In this document: positions 30,696 through 40,530 of the stretch, one piece after another | Numbering within the stretch: position 1 is the first letter of the stretch | Layout of the letters: each line of letters begins with the position of its first letter | DNA from: an uncultured delta proteobacterium | GTDB taxonomy: Bacteria; Desulfobacterota; RBG-13-43-22 | Length of the DNA: 64,000 bases | Direction: 5' to 3' | Assembly (NCBI GenBank): GCA_963843145.1 | Contig: CAWJJC010000023.1 | Span: 1-64,000 of the forward strand | Notes under the pieces: generated by a model | What the model was told of the DNA's origin: nothing | Seen by the model: the letters and a program-made list of their open reading frames with translations, nothing else | Databases searched by the model: none | Made by a program: the position numbers and the translations under genes

Positions 30696-31856
30696 ATGGG
30701 CAAAACCATTGCTGAAATAAACGAAAAGATCAAAAAAGGGAAGGCCGTGGTGGTTACGGCCGAGGAAATTATCGATTTAGTCAAAACCAAAGGAACCAAG
30801 AAAGCGTCCCAGGAAGTGGACGTGGTGACCACCGGGACCTTCAGTCCCATGTGCTCCTCGGGGGCCTACTTAAATATTAAACAGCCTATTCCCCGGATGA
30901 AAATCGGGGGCGGCCGCGCTTATTTCAATAACGTGCCGGTCTATACCGGCTTTGCCGCTGCCGATGTCCTGTTGGGCGCCAACGCCCTGCCCGACGATGA
31001 CCCCCGCAACGCGGTCTATCCCGGACAATTTCTTTACGGCGGGGCCCATGTCCTGGAAGCGCTGGTGGCGGGGAAAAGCATCGTTTATACCGCTTTCGCC
31101 TACGGAACCGACTGCTACCCTCTGAAAAAAAGGGAAGAAAGTCTGACCCTGAAGGATTTCAATGACGCGGTGCTCTTTAACCCCCGTAACGGCTATCAGA
31201 ATTATAACGTAGCCGTCAACCTCTCCGACAAGATAATCTACACCTATATGGGGGTCCTGAGACCCCGAGCCGGCAACGCCAATTACTGCAGCGCCGGCCA
31301 ACTCTCCCCCCTGTTGAACGATCCCCTCTACCGGACGATCGGCATCGGGACCCGCCTCTTTCTGGGAGGAGGAGTGGGCTACGTCTGCTGGCCGGGCACC
31401 CAGCATAACCCGGCAGTCCCCCGGGGAAAGAACAAAGTGCCCCGAGGCCCCGCCGGCACCCTGGGTGTCATCGGCGACCTGAAGGGCATGAACAGCCAAT
31501 GGCTGCGCGGCGTCTCCTATACCGGGTACGGTACCACTCTGGCCGTTGGCCTGGGGGTGCCCATCCCCATCTTGGACGAAGAAATGGTCGCCTTTACTTC
31601 CGTCCGGGATGAAGATATCTGGACCAGGGTGGTGGATTACAGCTACGATTACCCTCAAGGAACCGGAAAGGTCCTGGGCGAGGTCAATTACGGGGAATTG
31701 AAGTCCGGAAAAATCCGTTTTCTGGATAAGAACATCCCCACCGGCGGTCTTTCCAGTTACCTTAAGGCGCGTGAGGTGGCTGAGATCTTGAAAAAGTGGA
31801 TCCTCAAGGGAAAATTTTACCTGACCGATCCAGTGGCCCCGCTACCCTCCTCCTAG
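30696..31856 (+). CDS. DUF39 homocysteine biosynthesis protein (aspartate-semialdehyde sulfurtransferase, MA1821-like)
   Basis: KTIAEINEKIKKGKAVVVTAEE, VDVVTTGTFSPMCSSGA, YGTDCYP, NPRNGYQNY, AGQLSPLLNDP. Confidence 0.88.
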   Translation: MGKTIAEINEKIKKGKAVVVTAEEIIDLVKTKGTKKASQEVDVVTTGTFSPMCSSGAYLNIKQPIPRMKIGGGRAYFNNVPVYTGFAAADVLLGANALPDDDPRNAVYPGQFLYGGAHVLEALVAGKSIVYTAFAYGTDCYPLKKREESLTLKDFNDAVLFNPRNGYQNYNVAVNLSDKIIYTYMGVLRPRAGNANYCSAGQLSPLLNDPLYRTIGIGTRLFLGGGVGYVCWPGTQHNPAVPRGKNKVPRGPAGTLGVIGDLKGMNSQWLRGVSYTGYGTTLAVGLGVPIPILDEEMVAFTSVRDEDIWTRVVDYSYDYPQGTGKVLGEVNYGELKSGKIRFLDKNIPTGGLSSYLKAREVAEILKKWILKGKFYLTDPVAPLPSS

Positions 31857-31910
31857 CCCTTGGGGTCCCGGGGACGTCCTTTTGCGGTATACTGAATCAA
31901 GGAGAGTACC

Positions 31911-32318
31911 ATGGCAAAGAAAAAAGTAATCTTGACCTTTCCGCCGGCGCTGATCGAAGAACCGGTAACCTACAACCTGATAAAAAACTATGACTGCAAA
32001 ATTAATATCCTCAAGGCGACGGTGCGCCCGAAGGAAGAGGGCCGTTTGGTGATTGAATTGAACGGCAATAAAGAGGCGGTAAGTCGCGGCTTAAATTACC
32101 TGAAGGAGATCGGGATCCAGGTGGAACCCCTGGCCCAGGAAGTCCGCTATCTAAAAGACCGCTGCGCCCATTGCACGGCCTGTATCCCCCACTGCCCCAC
32201 CGAGGCGCTCTCTCTCGACCGGGAGGAAATGAAAGTTTCCTTTCACGGCGAGCGCTGTATCATCTGTGAGGCCTGTTTGCCCGTCTGCTCCTACAAGGCT
32301 ATGGAGATCCAGTTTTAG
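31911..32318 (+). CDS. NIL-domain 2x[4Fe-4S] ferredoxin (MA1822-like partner)
   Basis: INILKA motif plus CAHCTACIPHCP and CIICEACLPVC. Confidence 0.88.
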   Translation: MAKKKVILTFPPALIEEPVTYNLIKNYDCKINILKATVRPKEEGRLVIELNGNKEAVSRGLNYLKEIGIQVEPLAQEVRYLKDRCAHCTACIPHCPTEALSLDREEMKVSFHGERCIICEACLPVCSYKAMEIQF

Positions 32319-32405
32319 TCGCCCCGGGAACTGAAACGGGAGGCAAAAAGGGAATGAAAGCGAAAAACGCTGCTAAATAGAGACGGATTTGGAACCTTTA
32401 CACTC

Positions 32406-32433
32406 AGGGCGGGGGGAAAACCCCCGCCCTTTT
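32406..32433. terminator. Intrinsic terminator between convergent genes
   Basis: AGGGCGGGGG-GAAAA-CCCCCGCCCT hairpin followed by a T run. Confidence 0.65.
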
Positions 32434-32460
32434 CGTTTGAGTCTCTTTCGCCGGTTCGGA

Positions 32461-33258
32461 CTATTTCTCGGGCCATTCCAGCCGAATGTCCCGACCCAGA
32501 AAATCCCGGGCGATGGTTTGGGCATTCGGGGTGAGGTCCGACACAAAAAAACGATGCCCCCCTTCAGCCCCTTCGGCGGCCGACAGCGTCCCGGCGACGG
32601 CCGGGTTTTCTTCCAGATAGGTCTTTACCCAACCCGCCACCTCCTCCGAAGAATCAATCACCCGAACGCGGCGTCCGATCTTGTTCTGGATAATCGGTTT
32701 AAGCAGGGGATAATGGGTGCAACCCAGCACCAGGGCGTCGAGCTGCCTCAGTTTCAACGGGAAGAGGTATTTCCGAACGATCTGCTTGGTTTCCGGGCGC
32801 TTCAGCCAACCTTCCTCCACCAAAGGCACCAGCAGGGGGCAGGCCTGGGAAAATACCTGGATATCACCCCGCAAGGTTTTTAGAGAGCGTTCATAGACAC
32901 CGCTGCCGATAGTCGCCCGAGTACCGATGACTCCCACCCGCAAATTGCGGGTCACTTCCAGCGTCCTTTTTACCGCAGGGGCGATGACTTCGAAAATCGG
33001 GACATCATATCTTTCCCGGAGGATATCCGCAGCCACCGACGAAACGGAATTACAGGCGATGACAATAATCTTGGCTCCCTGAGCCAAAAGAAATTCCATA
33101 TCCTCGATGGCGTATTCGGTGATGGTTTTAGGACTTTTGGTGCCGTAAGGGGTCCGAGCCGTATCCCCGAAATAGACGATCCGATATTCGGGAAGTTGCT
33201 CCAATATTTCGCGCACCACGGTTAATCCGCCGATGCCGGAATCAAAAATGCCGATCAT
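32461..33258 (-). CDS. murI: Glutamate racemase
   Basis: IGIFDSGIGGLTV, PYGTKS, IACNS, VLGCTHYP. Confidence 0.95.
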   Translation of the reverse strand: MIGIFDSGIGGLTVVREILEQLPEYRIVYFGDTARTPYGTKSPKTITEYAIEDMEFLLAQGAKIIVIACNSVSSVAADILRERYDVPIFEVIAPAVKRTLEVTRNLRVGVIGTRATIGSGVYERSLKTLRGDIQVFSQACPLLVPLVEEGWLKRPETKQIVRKYLFPLKLRQLDALVLGCTHYPLLKPIIQNKIGRRVRVIDSSEEVAGWVKTYLEENPAVAGTLSAAEGAEGGHRFFVSDLTPNAQTIARDFLGRDIRLEWPEK

Positions 33259-33492
33259 GTCTCCTCACATCCTTTTGTTTTTGACAGCTAAACAGATATT
33301 CGGTTACCTGTCAAGATGATAGCCTCGGGCGGGAAGGATCTTGCTGAACGTCCCCAGGGACATTTGAACTGAACAGCCGAACCCTGCGGCCCTGCCAGGC
33401 CGCTCTGATTAACGCCCGGTCTTCGATTTCATCCTTGACAGAATCTCTGGCCCCTTGTTATTTTATATTGTTATATTTCTTAGGACCGCTTC

Positions 33493-34527
33493 ATGAAAAC
33501 CGGCATTGTTCGAGAACCCATCTACCTGGAGCATCTGCGGGGCTTCCCCCATGTGGAGAGTCCCCGCCGTTTGGAAGTACTCTATGACCTGCTCGACCGA
33601 AATTTTTCCGGACGTCTTTATCCGGTGTCTTCCCGGGAGGCCGCTCCGGAGGTACTCGCGGCCATCCATACCCCGGATCATATCCGTCGAGTAGCGGCGA
33701 CAGCCGGCCGGAATCATGTTTCTTTAGACCCGGACACCCAAACCACGGCCCAATCCTATGAGGCCGCCATTCACGCCGCGGGCGGGTTGACGGCCTTGAT
33801 CGACGCCTTGCTGGATGGTGAAATCGAAAATGGATTTGCCCTGGTGAGGCCCCCGGGACATCATGCCGAAGCCCAACGGGCCATGGGTTTTTGTTTGTTC
33901 AACAATGTCGCTATAGGAACCGCCTATGCCCGACAGCGGCGCGGGCTGGAACGCATCCTGATCGTCGACTGGGACCTCCATCATGGAAACGGTACCCAGC
34001 ATTCCTTCTGGAACAGTCCGGAGGTCCTTTATTTCTCCACTCACCAGTACCCCTATTATCCGGGTACCGGAGGTTTGCAGGAAGTGGGCGGGAAAGAGGC
34101 GCCGGGGTTTACGGTCAACGTTCCCCTCTCGAGCGGCTGTCTGGATGAAGACTTTGCCCAGATTTTTGAACGGATACTGGTCCCCATCGGGAGGCAATTC
34201 AAACCCGAATTGATCTTAATCTCCGCCGGCTTTGACACCTACTATGAAGATCCCCTGGGGGCCATGATGGTCACCCCCAAGGGTTTTGCCCGTCTGACCC
34301 GCATTGTCCAGGGATTAGCTAAAGAGGTTTGTGGGGGGCGGCTGTTATTGGCCTTGGAAGGCGGGTATCACCTGAATGGCTTGCGCCAATCAGTCCTGGC
34401 GGTCTTAAAGGAACTTCAAGGGGACTCCGTCTTGTCTCCCGAAGAAACCGCGGCGGACAACCGGGCCGACTTAGCCGTCGTGCGGCAGGTCTGGAATGTC
34501 CAACAGCATTATTGGAAAAGAGGTTAA
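33493..34527 (+). CDS. Zn-dependent histone-deacetylase-family protein
   Basis: HVESPRRL, RPPGHHA, GFCLFNN, DWDLHHGNGTQ, SAGFD, LEGGY. Confidence 0.92.
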   Translation: MKTGIVREPIYLEHLRGFPHVESPRRLEVLYDLLDRNFSGRLYPVSSREAAPEVLAAIHTPDHIRRVAATAGRNHVSLDPDTQTTAQSYEAAIHAAGGLTALIDALLDGEIENGFALVRPPGHHAEAQRAMGFCLFNNVAIGTAYARQRRGLERILIVDWDLHHGNGTQHSFWNSPEVLYFSTHQYPYYPGTGGLQEVGGKEAPGFTVNVPLSSGCLDEDFAQIFERILVPIGRQFKPELILISAGFDTYYEDPLGAMMVTPKGFARLTRIVQGLAKEVCGGRLLLALEGGYHLNGLRQSVLAVLKELQGDSVLSPEETAADNRADLAVVRQVWNVQQHYWKRG

Positions 34528-34535
34528 TAGCGAAT

Positions 34536-34820
34536 ATGTTTCTTTCAAATGAAGAAGTGCTGCACATCGCCCAACTGGCTCGGCTGCAATTAAACCCGGA
34601 GGAGGTCGGCCCGATTGCCCGACAGATGAACGACATTCTGATTTATATGGAGAAATTGAATGAACTGGACACCAGCGGTGTCGAAGCTACCTCCCACGCC
34701 CTCCATTTGGCGAATGCCTTTCGTGAAGATCAGGTCCAATCCTCCTTGCCGGTAGAGGAATCCCTGGCCCTCGCCCCGGAACAGGGTCGATCCGCCTTCG
34801 TCGTGCCGAAGGTTATTTGA
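34536..34820 (+). CDS. gatC: Glu/Asp-tRNA amidotransferase subunit C
   Basis: EEVLHIAQLARL..LNELDT..REDQV..FVVPKVI. Confidence 0.92.
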   Translation: MFLSNEEVLHIAQLARLQLNPEEVGPIARQMNDILIYMEKLNELDTSGVEATSHALHLANAFREDQVQSSLPVEESLALAPEQGRSAFVVPKVI

Positions 34821-34832
34821 GGTCATCATATA

Positions 34833-36293
34833 ATGACGCTTCCCTTTGAACTGACTATTGCCCAGGCCCACGAATTTCTGACCAAACGAGAAATCAGCTC
34901 CGTCGAATTGACCCGGGCGGTCCTGGACCGGATAACCCGGGTGGAACCTCAGATCGGCGCTTTTATCACCGTGACCCCGGAAGCGGCCCTCAAGCAGGCT
35001 GAAGCAGCCGATCGGCGCATCGCTGCCGGACAAATTCTTCCCCTGACCGGTATCCCCCTGGCCATCAAGGATTTAATCTCCACCAAGGGACTTCGGACCA
35101 CCTGTGCGTCACGGATACTGGAAAACTACGTCCCGCCCTACGATGCTACGGTCATCACCCGTCTTCAAGACCTGGACGCGGTAATGGTCGGGAAAGCGAA
35201 CCTGGATGAATTTGCCATGGGCTCTTCAACGGAGAATTCCGCTCTACAGGTGACCCGGAATCCCTGGAACGCGGATTATATCCCCGGCGGATCCAGCGGG
35301 GGTTCGGCAGCGGCGGTAGCCGCCGGGGAGTGTCTAGGGGCTTTGGGTTCGGACACCGGGGGCTCCATCCGCCAACCGGCGGCCCATTGCGGGGTGGTGG
35401 GGCTGAAACCCACCTACGGACGGGTATCCCGCTACGGGTTGGTAGCTTACGCCTCCTCTTTGGATCAGATCGGCCCTTTAGCCAAAACCGTGGCCGACTG
35501 TGCGCTTCTCCTTCAGGCCCTGGCCGGGCATGATCCCCGGGACTCCACCTCGGTACCGCGGGAAGTGCCCGATTACCCCGCTTCCCTGAATCAGGGAATC
35601 CAGAACCGTATGATCGGCATCCCGAAGGAATATTTCGTCGAAGGAATGGACCCGGAAGTCGAACAGGCCATCCGGCAAGCCATTAGGGTTTTAGAGAAAG
35701 AGGGAGCTCGCTGCCAGGAAATAACCCTGCCCCATACTGAGTACGCCATCGCGGTTTATTATATCATCGCCACGGCCGAAGCCAGTTCCAACCTGGCCCG
35801 TTATGACGGGGTTAAATACGGTTTCAGGGAAAGGGAGAGCCGAAAATTGATGGACATGGTTCAGAAAACCCGTTCCCTGGGGTTTGGTCCCGAAGTGGTC
35901 AGGCGGATCATGTTGGGAACCTACGTGCTTTCAGCGGGATATTATGACGCCTATTTTCGGAAGGCCTCTCAGGTCAGGACCCTGATCAGCCAGGATTTTC
36001 GTCAAGCCTTTGATCAGGTGGATCTGATACTCACTCCCGTAGCCCCCACCACGGCCTTTCGGCGGGGGGAAAAAACCGACGATCCGTTGAAAATGTACCT
36101 GACGGACATCTTTACCATTTCGGCCAACCTGGCCGGCATTCCCGGTCTGGCCCTGCCCTGCGGTTTCAATTCTCAGGGATTGCCCATCGGCCTGCAAATC
36201 TTAGGCAACCATTTTGAGGAAGAAAAAATTCTCCAGGCCGGGTCGGCCTTCGAACAGGCCACGGATTTTCACCTCCGCCGCCCACCCCTCTAA
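34833..36293 (+). CDS. gatA: Glu/Asp-tRNA amidotransferase subunit A
   Basis: [45 protein letters not shown]. Confidence 0.96.
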   Translation: MTLPFELTIAQAHEFLTKREISSVELTRAVLDRITRVEPQIGAFITVTPEAALKQAEAADRRIAAGQILPLTGIPLAIKDLISTKGLRTTCASRILENYVPPYDATVITRLQDLDAVMVGKANLDEFAMGSSTENSALQVTRNPWNADYIPGGSSGGSAAAVAAGECLGALGSDTGGSIRQPAAHCGVVGLKPTYGRVSRYGLVAYASSLDQIGPLAKTVADCALLLQALAGHDPRDSTSVPREVPDYPASLNQGIQNRMIGIPKEYFVEGMDPEVEQAIRQAIRVLEKEGARCQEITLPHTEYAIAVYYIIATAEASSNLARYDGVKYGFRERESRKLMDMVQKTRSLGFGPEVVRRIMLGTYVLSAGYYDAYFRKASQVRTLISQDFRQAFDQVDLILTPVAPTTAFRRGEKTDDPLKMYLTDIFTISANLAGIPGLALPCGFNSQGLPIGLQILGNHFEEEKILQAGSAFEQATDFHLRRPPL

Positions 36294-36429
36294 AAACGCC
36301 GGGCGCAGAGCGCGGAGCGCTTGGCGCGGGATAACGGAAGTAATGGAAGAAGGGCCTGAGGAGGAATAATGGATTGAAGGGTGCGGCCGTTTTTGGCCTT
36401 GCGCTCCGCGCTCTGCGCCCAGCGTTTTT
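36292..36429. repeat. Long inverted repeat (GCGCAGAGCGCGGAGCGC arms) between convergent genes
   Basis: AAAAACGCCGGGCGCAGAGCGCGGAGCGC pairs with GCGCTCCGCGCTCTGCGCCCAGCGTTTTT. Confidence 0.7.
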
Positions 36430-36898
36430 ATGGTTGTTCCGCCTGCTCCAGGATCTCTCCCATCGCGCAGGCCGTGTCCCCTACCAATTTTCTACAGAGT
36501 TGGCGTCGCCCATTGGGGCCGGAGTAAAAAGCCTTCACTGCTTCCCGGTCCGACCAGTTGACCTGGGCGATATTCCGGCAATCCACTCCACCGTATTCTT
36601 TGGTCAGGTCCTCAAACCGCTTAGCCAATTTATAATTCAGGCGCCACATAAGGGGATGGTCCTTCTCCTCCGGGCGATCCTTGCCATAGAGGCTGGAAAG
36701 AAAGGCTATGCCTCCGGTCAGGCAGCCACAGACCCTTCCGGTGCTGGCGACCCCGCCGCCGAAGGCGCCCACGGCTTTTATCAGGGTTTCATCCTCTTGG
36801 TTCATTTTTTCCTGGCCCACGGCCAGAACGGCCTGGCTTCAGTGAAACCCTTTTGAAAAAAGGTTTTCCGCTTTTTGACGCATCTCTTCAGGGGTCAT
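36428..36898 (-). CDS. C-GCAxxG-C-C family selenoprotein (156 aa, Sec at codon 20)
   Basis: GGAGG RBS, ATG 36898, MTPEEMRQKAENLFSKGFH-UGA-SQAVLAVG in frame with FGGG..VCGCLTGG..DCR..LC. SECIS-like hairpin follows the UGA. Confidence 0.85.
36809..36828 (-). promoter_or_regulatory. Bacterial SECIS-like hairpin
   Basis: UUCUGGCC-GUG-GGCCAGGA begins about 10 nt 3' of the UGA (36841-36839) and has a G-containing apical loop. Confidence 0.7.
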
Positions 36899-36930
36899 CC
36901 TCGTCTCCTCCAACCATCTTTTCGCTTCAA

Positions 36931-37725
36931 TTAGGAACGATTACGCTCGTAGATAATCCGTAGGCCCTCCAGGGTCAAATAACTGTCCACCGCCTCGATG
37001 GTCTTGGACTCCGAAGCGATCAGCGGGGCCAGCCCCCCGGTGGCGATTACTTTGGGCCGCTGGGGGACGGCCGCCATGATCCGCTCGACCAAGCCGTCCA
37101 CCAGGCCGGTATAACCATAAATAATGCCCACATTCATGCTGCTGATGGTGTCTTTGGCCAATACGGTTTTGGGTTTGGAGAAAATTTCCACTCGGGGGAG
37201 CTTGGAGGCCTTCTGAAAAAGGGCCTCACAGGATATCAGGATACCCGGGGCAATCGCACCCCCCAAATACTCCCCCTTATCGGAAACATAATCAAAGGTG
37301 GTGGCCGTCCCAAAATCCACTACGATCAAGTTCGTTCGGTATTTTTCGTAGGCCGCCACGGCATTGACAATCCGGTCCGCCCCGACCTCTTTAGGGTTGT
37401 CGTAATAGATGGGCATACCGGTTTTTATTCCCGGCCCCACAAAAAGCGGATGCAGGCTGAAATACCGCAGTCCGAATTCCTCCAGGGTGTTCAGCATGGG
37501 AGGCACCACGCAGGAAATGATCAGGTCGTTCACCTGGGAAAGACCCAGGCTGCGACTGGCGAACAGGTTGCCGATCAGGATGCCCATTTCATCCAAGGTC
37601 CCGTCTCGTTCGGTGCGAATCCGCCAGTCACACACCCGCTCTTTCTGCCGATAGACCCCCAGGACCGTGTTGGTATTCCCCACGTCCATTACCAGTAACA
37701 GGTCTTTGGACGACGTCCTAGGCAT
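36931..37725 (-). CDS. coaX: Type III pantothenate kinase
   Basis: [27 protein letters not shown]. Confidence 0.95.
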   Translation of the reverse strand: MPRTSSKDLLLVMDVGNTNTVLGVYRQKERVCDWRIRTERDGTLDEMGILIGNLFASRSLGLSQVNDLIISCVVPPMLNTLEEFGLRYFSLHPLFVGPGIKTGMPIYYDNPKEVGADRIVNAVAAYEKYRTNLIVVDFGTATTFDYVSDKGEYLGGAIAPGILISCEALFQKASKLPRVEIFSKPKTVLAKDTISSMNVGIIYGYTGLVDGLVERIMAAVPQRPKVIATGGLAPLIASESKTIEAVDSYLTLEGLRIIYERNRS

Positions 37726-39073
37726 TGAATTCCCTTTCAATAACCTGGGCTGTTTCCTCGGCCAGCAAAGCAATTAAGGCCTCATTCTCCCCTTCCAGCA
37801 TCACCCGGACTAAGGGTTCCGTTCCTGAAAAGCGGACCAGGATCCGGCCCTTTTCCCCTAATTTCTTTTCCACTTTTTGAATCTGCTGGGTGACGGCGGG
37901 AAAGCGCTCCAGGCTTTTTCGTTCCCTGATCCGGACGTTGATCAATTTCTGGGGATATTTTTCCATGATATCGGAAAGGTCCGAGAGACTTTTTTCCTCC
38001 TGCTGCATGATGGCCAAGACCTGCAAGGCGCTGAGGATCCCGTCTCCGGTGGTGTTATGGTCCAAAAATATCAGGTGCCCGGATTGCTCTCCTCCTAAAT
38101 TGCATCCTCTCCTGACCATCTCCTCCACCACGTAGCGGTCCCCCACCTGGGTGCGTACCAGCCGGATGCCCTGCTGCCGCAGGGCCACTTCCAATCCCAA
38201 ATTGCTCATCACCGTGGCCACCAGGGTATTCTTTTTCAAACGCTTTTCCTTGAACATTCGATTCGCGCAAATGGCCATCACCTGGTCACCGTCGATCATT
38301 TCGCCGTTTTCATCCACCAGGATCACCCGATCCCCATCCCCATCAAAGCTGATGCCCAGATCGGCCTTCTTCTTTCGGACCATGGCGCCGACCAGACCGG
38401 GATAAAGGGCGCCGCAATTTTTGTTGATATTTTCACCGTTGGGTTTAGCCCCCAGCAGCGTGACCCTGGCCCCCAGCTCCTCAAAAACGGTCGGTGCCAC
38501 CCGATAGGTTGCGCCGTGGGCGCAATCCAAAACCAGGTGCAGCCCTTCCAGGGTTAATTCCTGGGGAAAGGTATTTTTCAGGAAAACGATATAGCGGCCG
38601 ATGGCATCCTCGATCCGAAAGGCCTTGCCCACCTGGTTGGCGGTGATCCCGGGTACCGCCAGGGTTTCCGAGAACATGAGCGCCTCAATCCGTTCCTCCA
38701 CCTCATCCGGAAGTTTAAAACCGTTTCGCGAAAAAATTTTTATCCCGTTGTCCTGATAAGCGTTGTGAGAGGCGGAAATGACAATCCCGGCGTCGGCCCG
38801 CATGCTCTGGGTTAAAAAGGCGATCCCCGGCGTGGGCAAAGGCCCGATCAAAAGAACGTCCCCTCCCATAGAACAGATCCCGGCCGTAATGGCATTTTCC
38901 AGCATATACCCGGAAAGGCGGGTATCCTTGCCCACCACGATCTTGTGCCGCCGCGTTTTGTCCTTAAAGATATAAGCGCAGCCCTTGCCTAATTGTAAGG
39001 CCACTTCCGTGGTCATGGGGTGGACATTGGCCACTCCGCGAATGCCGTCGGTTCCAAAAAGCTTTCGCATCAC
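37718..39073 (-). CDS. glmM: Phosphoglucosamine mutase
   Basis: [36 protein letters not shown]. Confidence 0.96.
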   Translation of the reverse strand: MMRKLFGTDGIRGVANVHPMTTEVALQLGKGCAYIFKDKTRRHKIVVGKDTRLSGYMLENAITAGICSMGGDVLLIGPLPTPGIAFLTQSMRADAGIVISASHNAYQDNGIKIFSRNGFKLPDEVEERIEALMFSETLAVPGITANQVGKAFRIEDAIGRYIVFLKNTFPQELTLEGLHLVLDCAHGATYRVAPTVFEELGARVTLLGAKPNGENINKNCGALYPGLVGAMVRKKKADLGISFDGDGDRVILVDENGEMIDGDQVMAICANRMFKEKRLKKNTLVATVMSNLGLEVALRQQGIRLVRTQVGDRYVVEEMVRRGCNLGGEQSGHLIFLDHNTTGDGILSALQVLAIMQQEEKSLSDLSDIMEKYPQKLINVRIRERKSLERFPAVTQQIQKVEKKLGEKGRILVRFSGTEPLVRVMLEGENEALIALLAEETAQVIEREFNA

Positions 39074-39079
39074 TCCTCC

Positions 39080-39718
39080 TTAGGGGGTACCGATTTTCTT
39101 GATCTTAACTTCCACTTCAACGGTCTGGTTTCGAGACAAATGGATCTGCAGGGAACGGAAGTCCAAATTAACTTCCTGAACCAGGGATTCCTGCCGACCA
39201 CCGATATCAACGGGCTTGGTGGAAAGATTTTCCAGATCCTTGATTACTTCTTCCGATCCGGACACTTCCACCTCTTCCGGCCGGATCCTGACCGATTCCA
39301 CTTCATAACCGCTCGCCGGTCGCCCGATGACCCGGGCCCGGACCGGGATCATTTTTTTTATTTGTTTTTGCAGGACCACCACCACCTGGGTGGGATGAAT
39401 ACGGGTAACGGCCACCCCCCGGGGAAGCCGAATTCCCTCCGAGGAGATGGAATAGGTAATCGTTCCGGCCCTGGTGTTGGACAGATCGAGGCTTTTGCTC
39501 AAGTTGCGCGTCGTCAGGGAACGGATCAAACTGCGCGGTCCGTTGACCCGGATGTCGATCCCCTGGGGGAGGTTATTCACCACGATCATGTCCCGAGGCA
39601 TGTTCACCAATTCCAAAGGGATGGTCAATCCCACTTCGGCCCGCTCCTCGCCGACCACTAAGAACCAGAGAATGACCGCCAAGACCAGGGCTAAAATTTT
39701 AAAAATTATGTTTCTCAA
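39080..39718 (-). CDS. cdaR: CdaR/YbbR-domain regulator
   Basis: KILALVLAVILW TM helix followed by YbbR-like beta repeats. Lies between cdaA and glmM. Confidence 0.8.
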   Translation of the reverse strand: MRNIIFKILALVLAVILWFLVVGEERAEVGLTIPLELVNMPRDMIVVNNLPQGIDIRVNGPRSLIRSLTTRNLSKSLDLSNTRAGTITYSISSEGIRLPRGVAVTRIHPTQVVVVLQKQIKKMIPVRARVIGRPASGYEVESVRIRPEEVEVSGSEEVIKDLENLSTKPVDIGGRQESLVQEVNLDFRSLQIHLSRNQTVEVEVKIKKIGTP

Positions 39719-40530
39719 CCCTGGGAACCTCCGGTTTTTCGGGGGCCGAACAGCCAATAGGTGCGGGGGGCCTTTTCCTGGGTAAACAGGGTTTGCAGCA
39801 CCCGCTTCAGGGTGGTGGAATCCAACCCTCGAGTGAAACGTCCTTTAATGGCCACGGAGATCCGGCCCGTCTCCTCCGAAACCACAATCACCACCGCGTC
39901 CGTTTTTTCAGTTAGCCCCAAGGCGGCCCGATGGCGGGTGCCGTAGCTCCGACTAACCTTGGCGCTGCGGGTCAACGGGAGATAGCAGGCCACGGCGGCA
40001 ATCTGGTTATCGCGGATGATCATGGCCCCGTCATGAAGGGGGGACTGGGTGTGGAAGATACTGACGATCAGTTCCCACCTAACCCGGGCCTCCAAAGCGG
40101 TCCCGGTCTGCACGATCTCCCCCAGCCCGGTTTGCCTTTCTAAAACGATCAGGGCCCCGGTGGAATGGCTGGAAAGATAGACCGCGGCCCGGATGACCTC
40201 TTCAATCGTTTGCAGGGTCTCGGCCGTAGTTTTGACAAAAGGGCTTCGCCCTACCTGGGCCAACACCCGACGGATTTCCGACTTGAAAAGAATAATGATG
40301 ACCAAAATGATGGAACTCAGAAAGCTGCTCAGTATCCAGTTTAAGGTCAATAATTCAAGCTGGCGGGCCGCCAAAAAGGCGATAAAAATGACGAGCAAAC
40401 CGATGATGATCTGAACGGCCCGGGTGCCTTTAATAAACAGAAAAAGCTGATAAATCAGGATGGCCACCAGGAGGATATCCAGCCCATCCTGCCAACGGAT
40501 ATTAGTCAGGGTCAACCAGAGGTTGTTCAT
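39715..40530 (-). CDS. cdaA: Diadenylate cyclase CdaA
   Basis: Three N-terminal TM helices, GALIVLER, PLHDGA, GTRHRAA, VSEETG. Confidence 0.93.
   Translation of the reverse strand: MNNLWLTLTNIRWQDGLDILLVAILIYQLFLFIKGTRAVQIIIGLLVIFIAFLAARQLELLTLNWILSSFLSSIILVIIILFKSEIRRVLAQVGRSPFVKTTAETLQTIEEVIRAAVYLSSHSTGALIVLERQTGLGEIVQTGTALEARVRWELIVSIFHTQSPLHDGAMIIRDNQIAAVACYLPLTRSAKVSRSYGTRHRAALGLTEKTDAVVIVVSEETGRISVAIKGRFTRGLDSTTLKRVLQTLFTQEKAPRTYWLFGPRKTGGSQG

Noticed and set aside
33320-33430. GGCATTTGAACTG-like stretch suggesting a SAM-V riboswitch
   Set aside because: The pairing 3' element (CAGUUGCUAAA-like) is absent, and the stretch lies upstream of the likely promoter.
34536-36293. gatB missing from gatCA
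   Set aside because: gatB is often encoded elsewhere, so its absence from the window is not informative.
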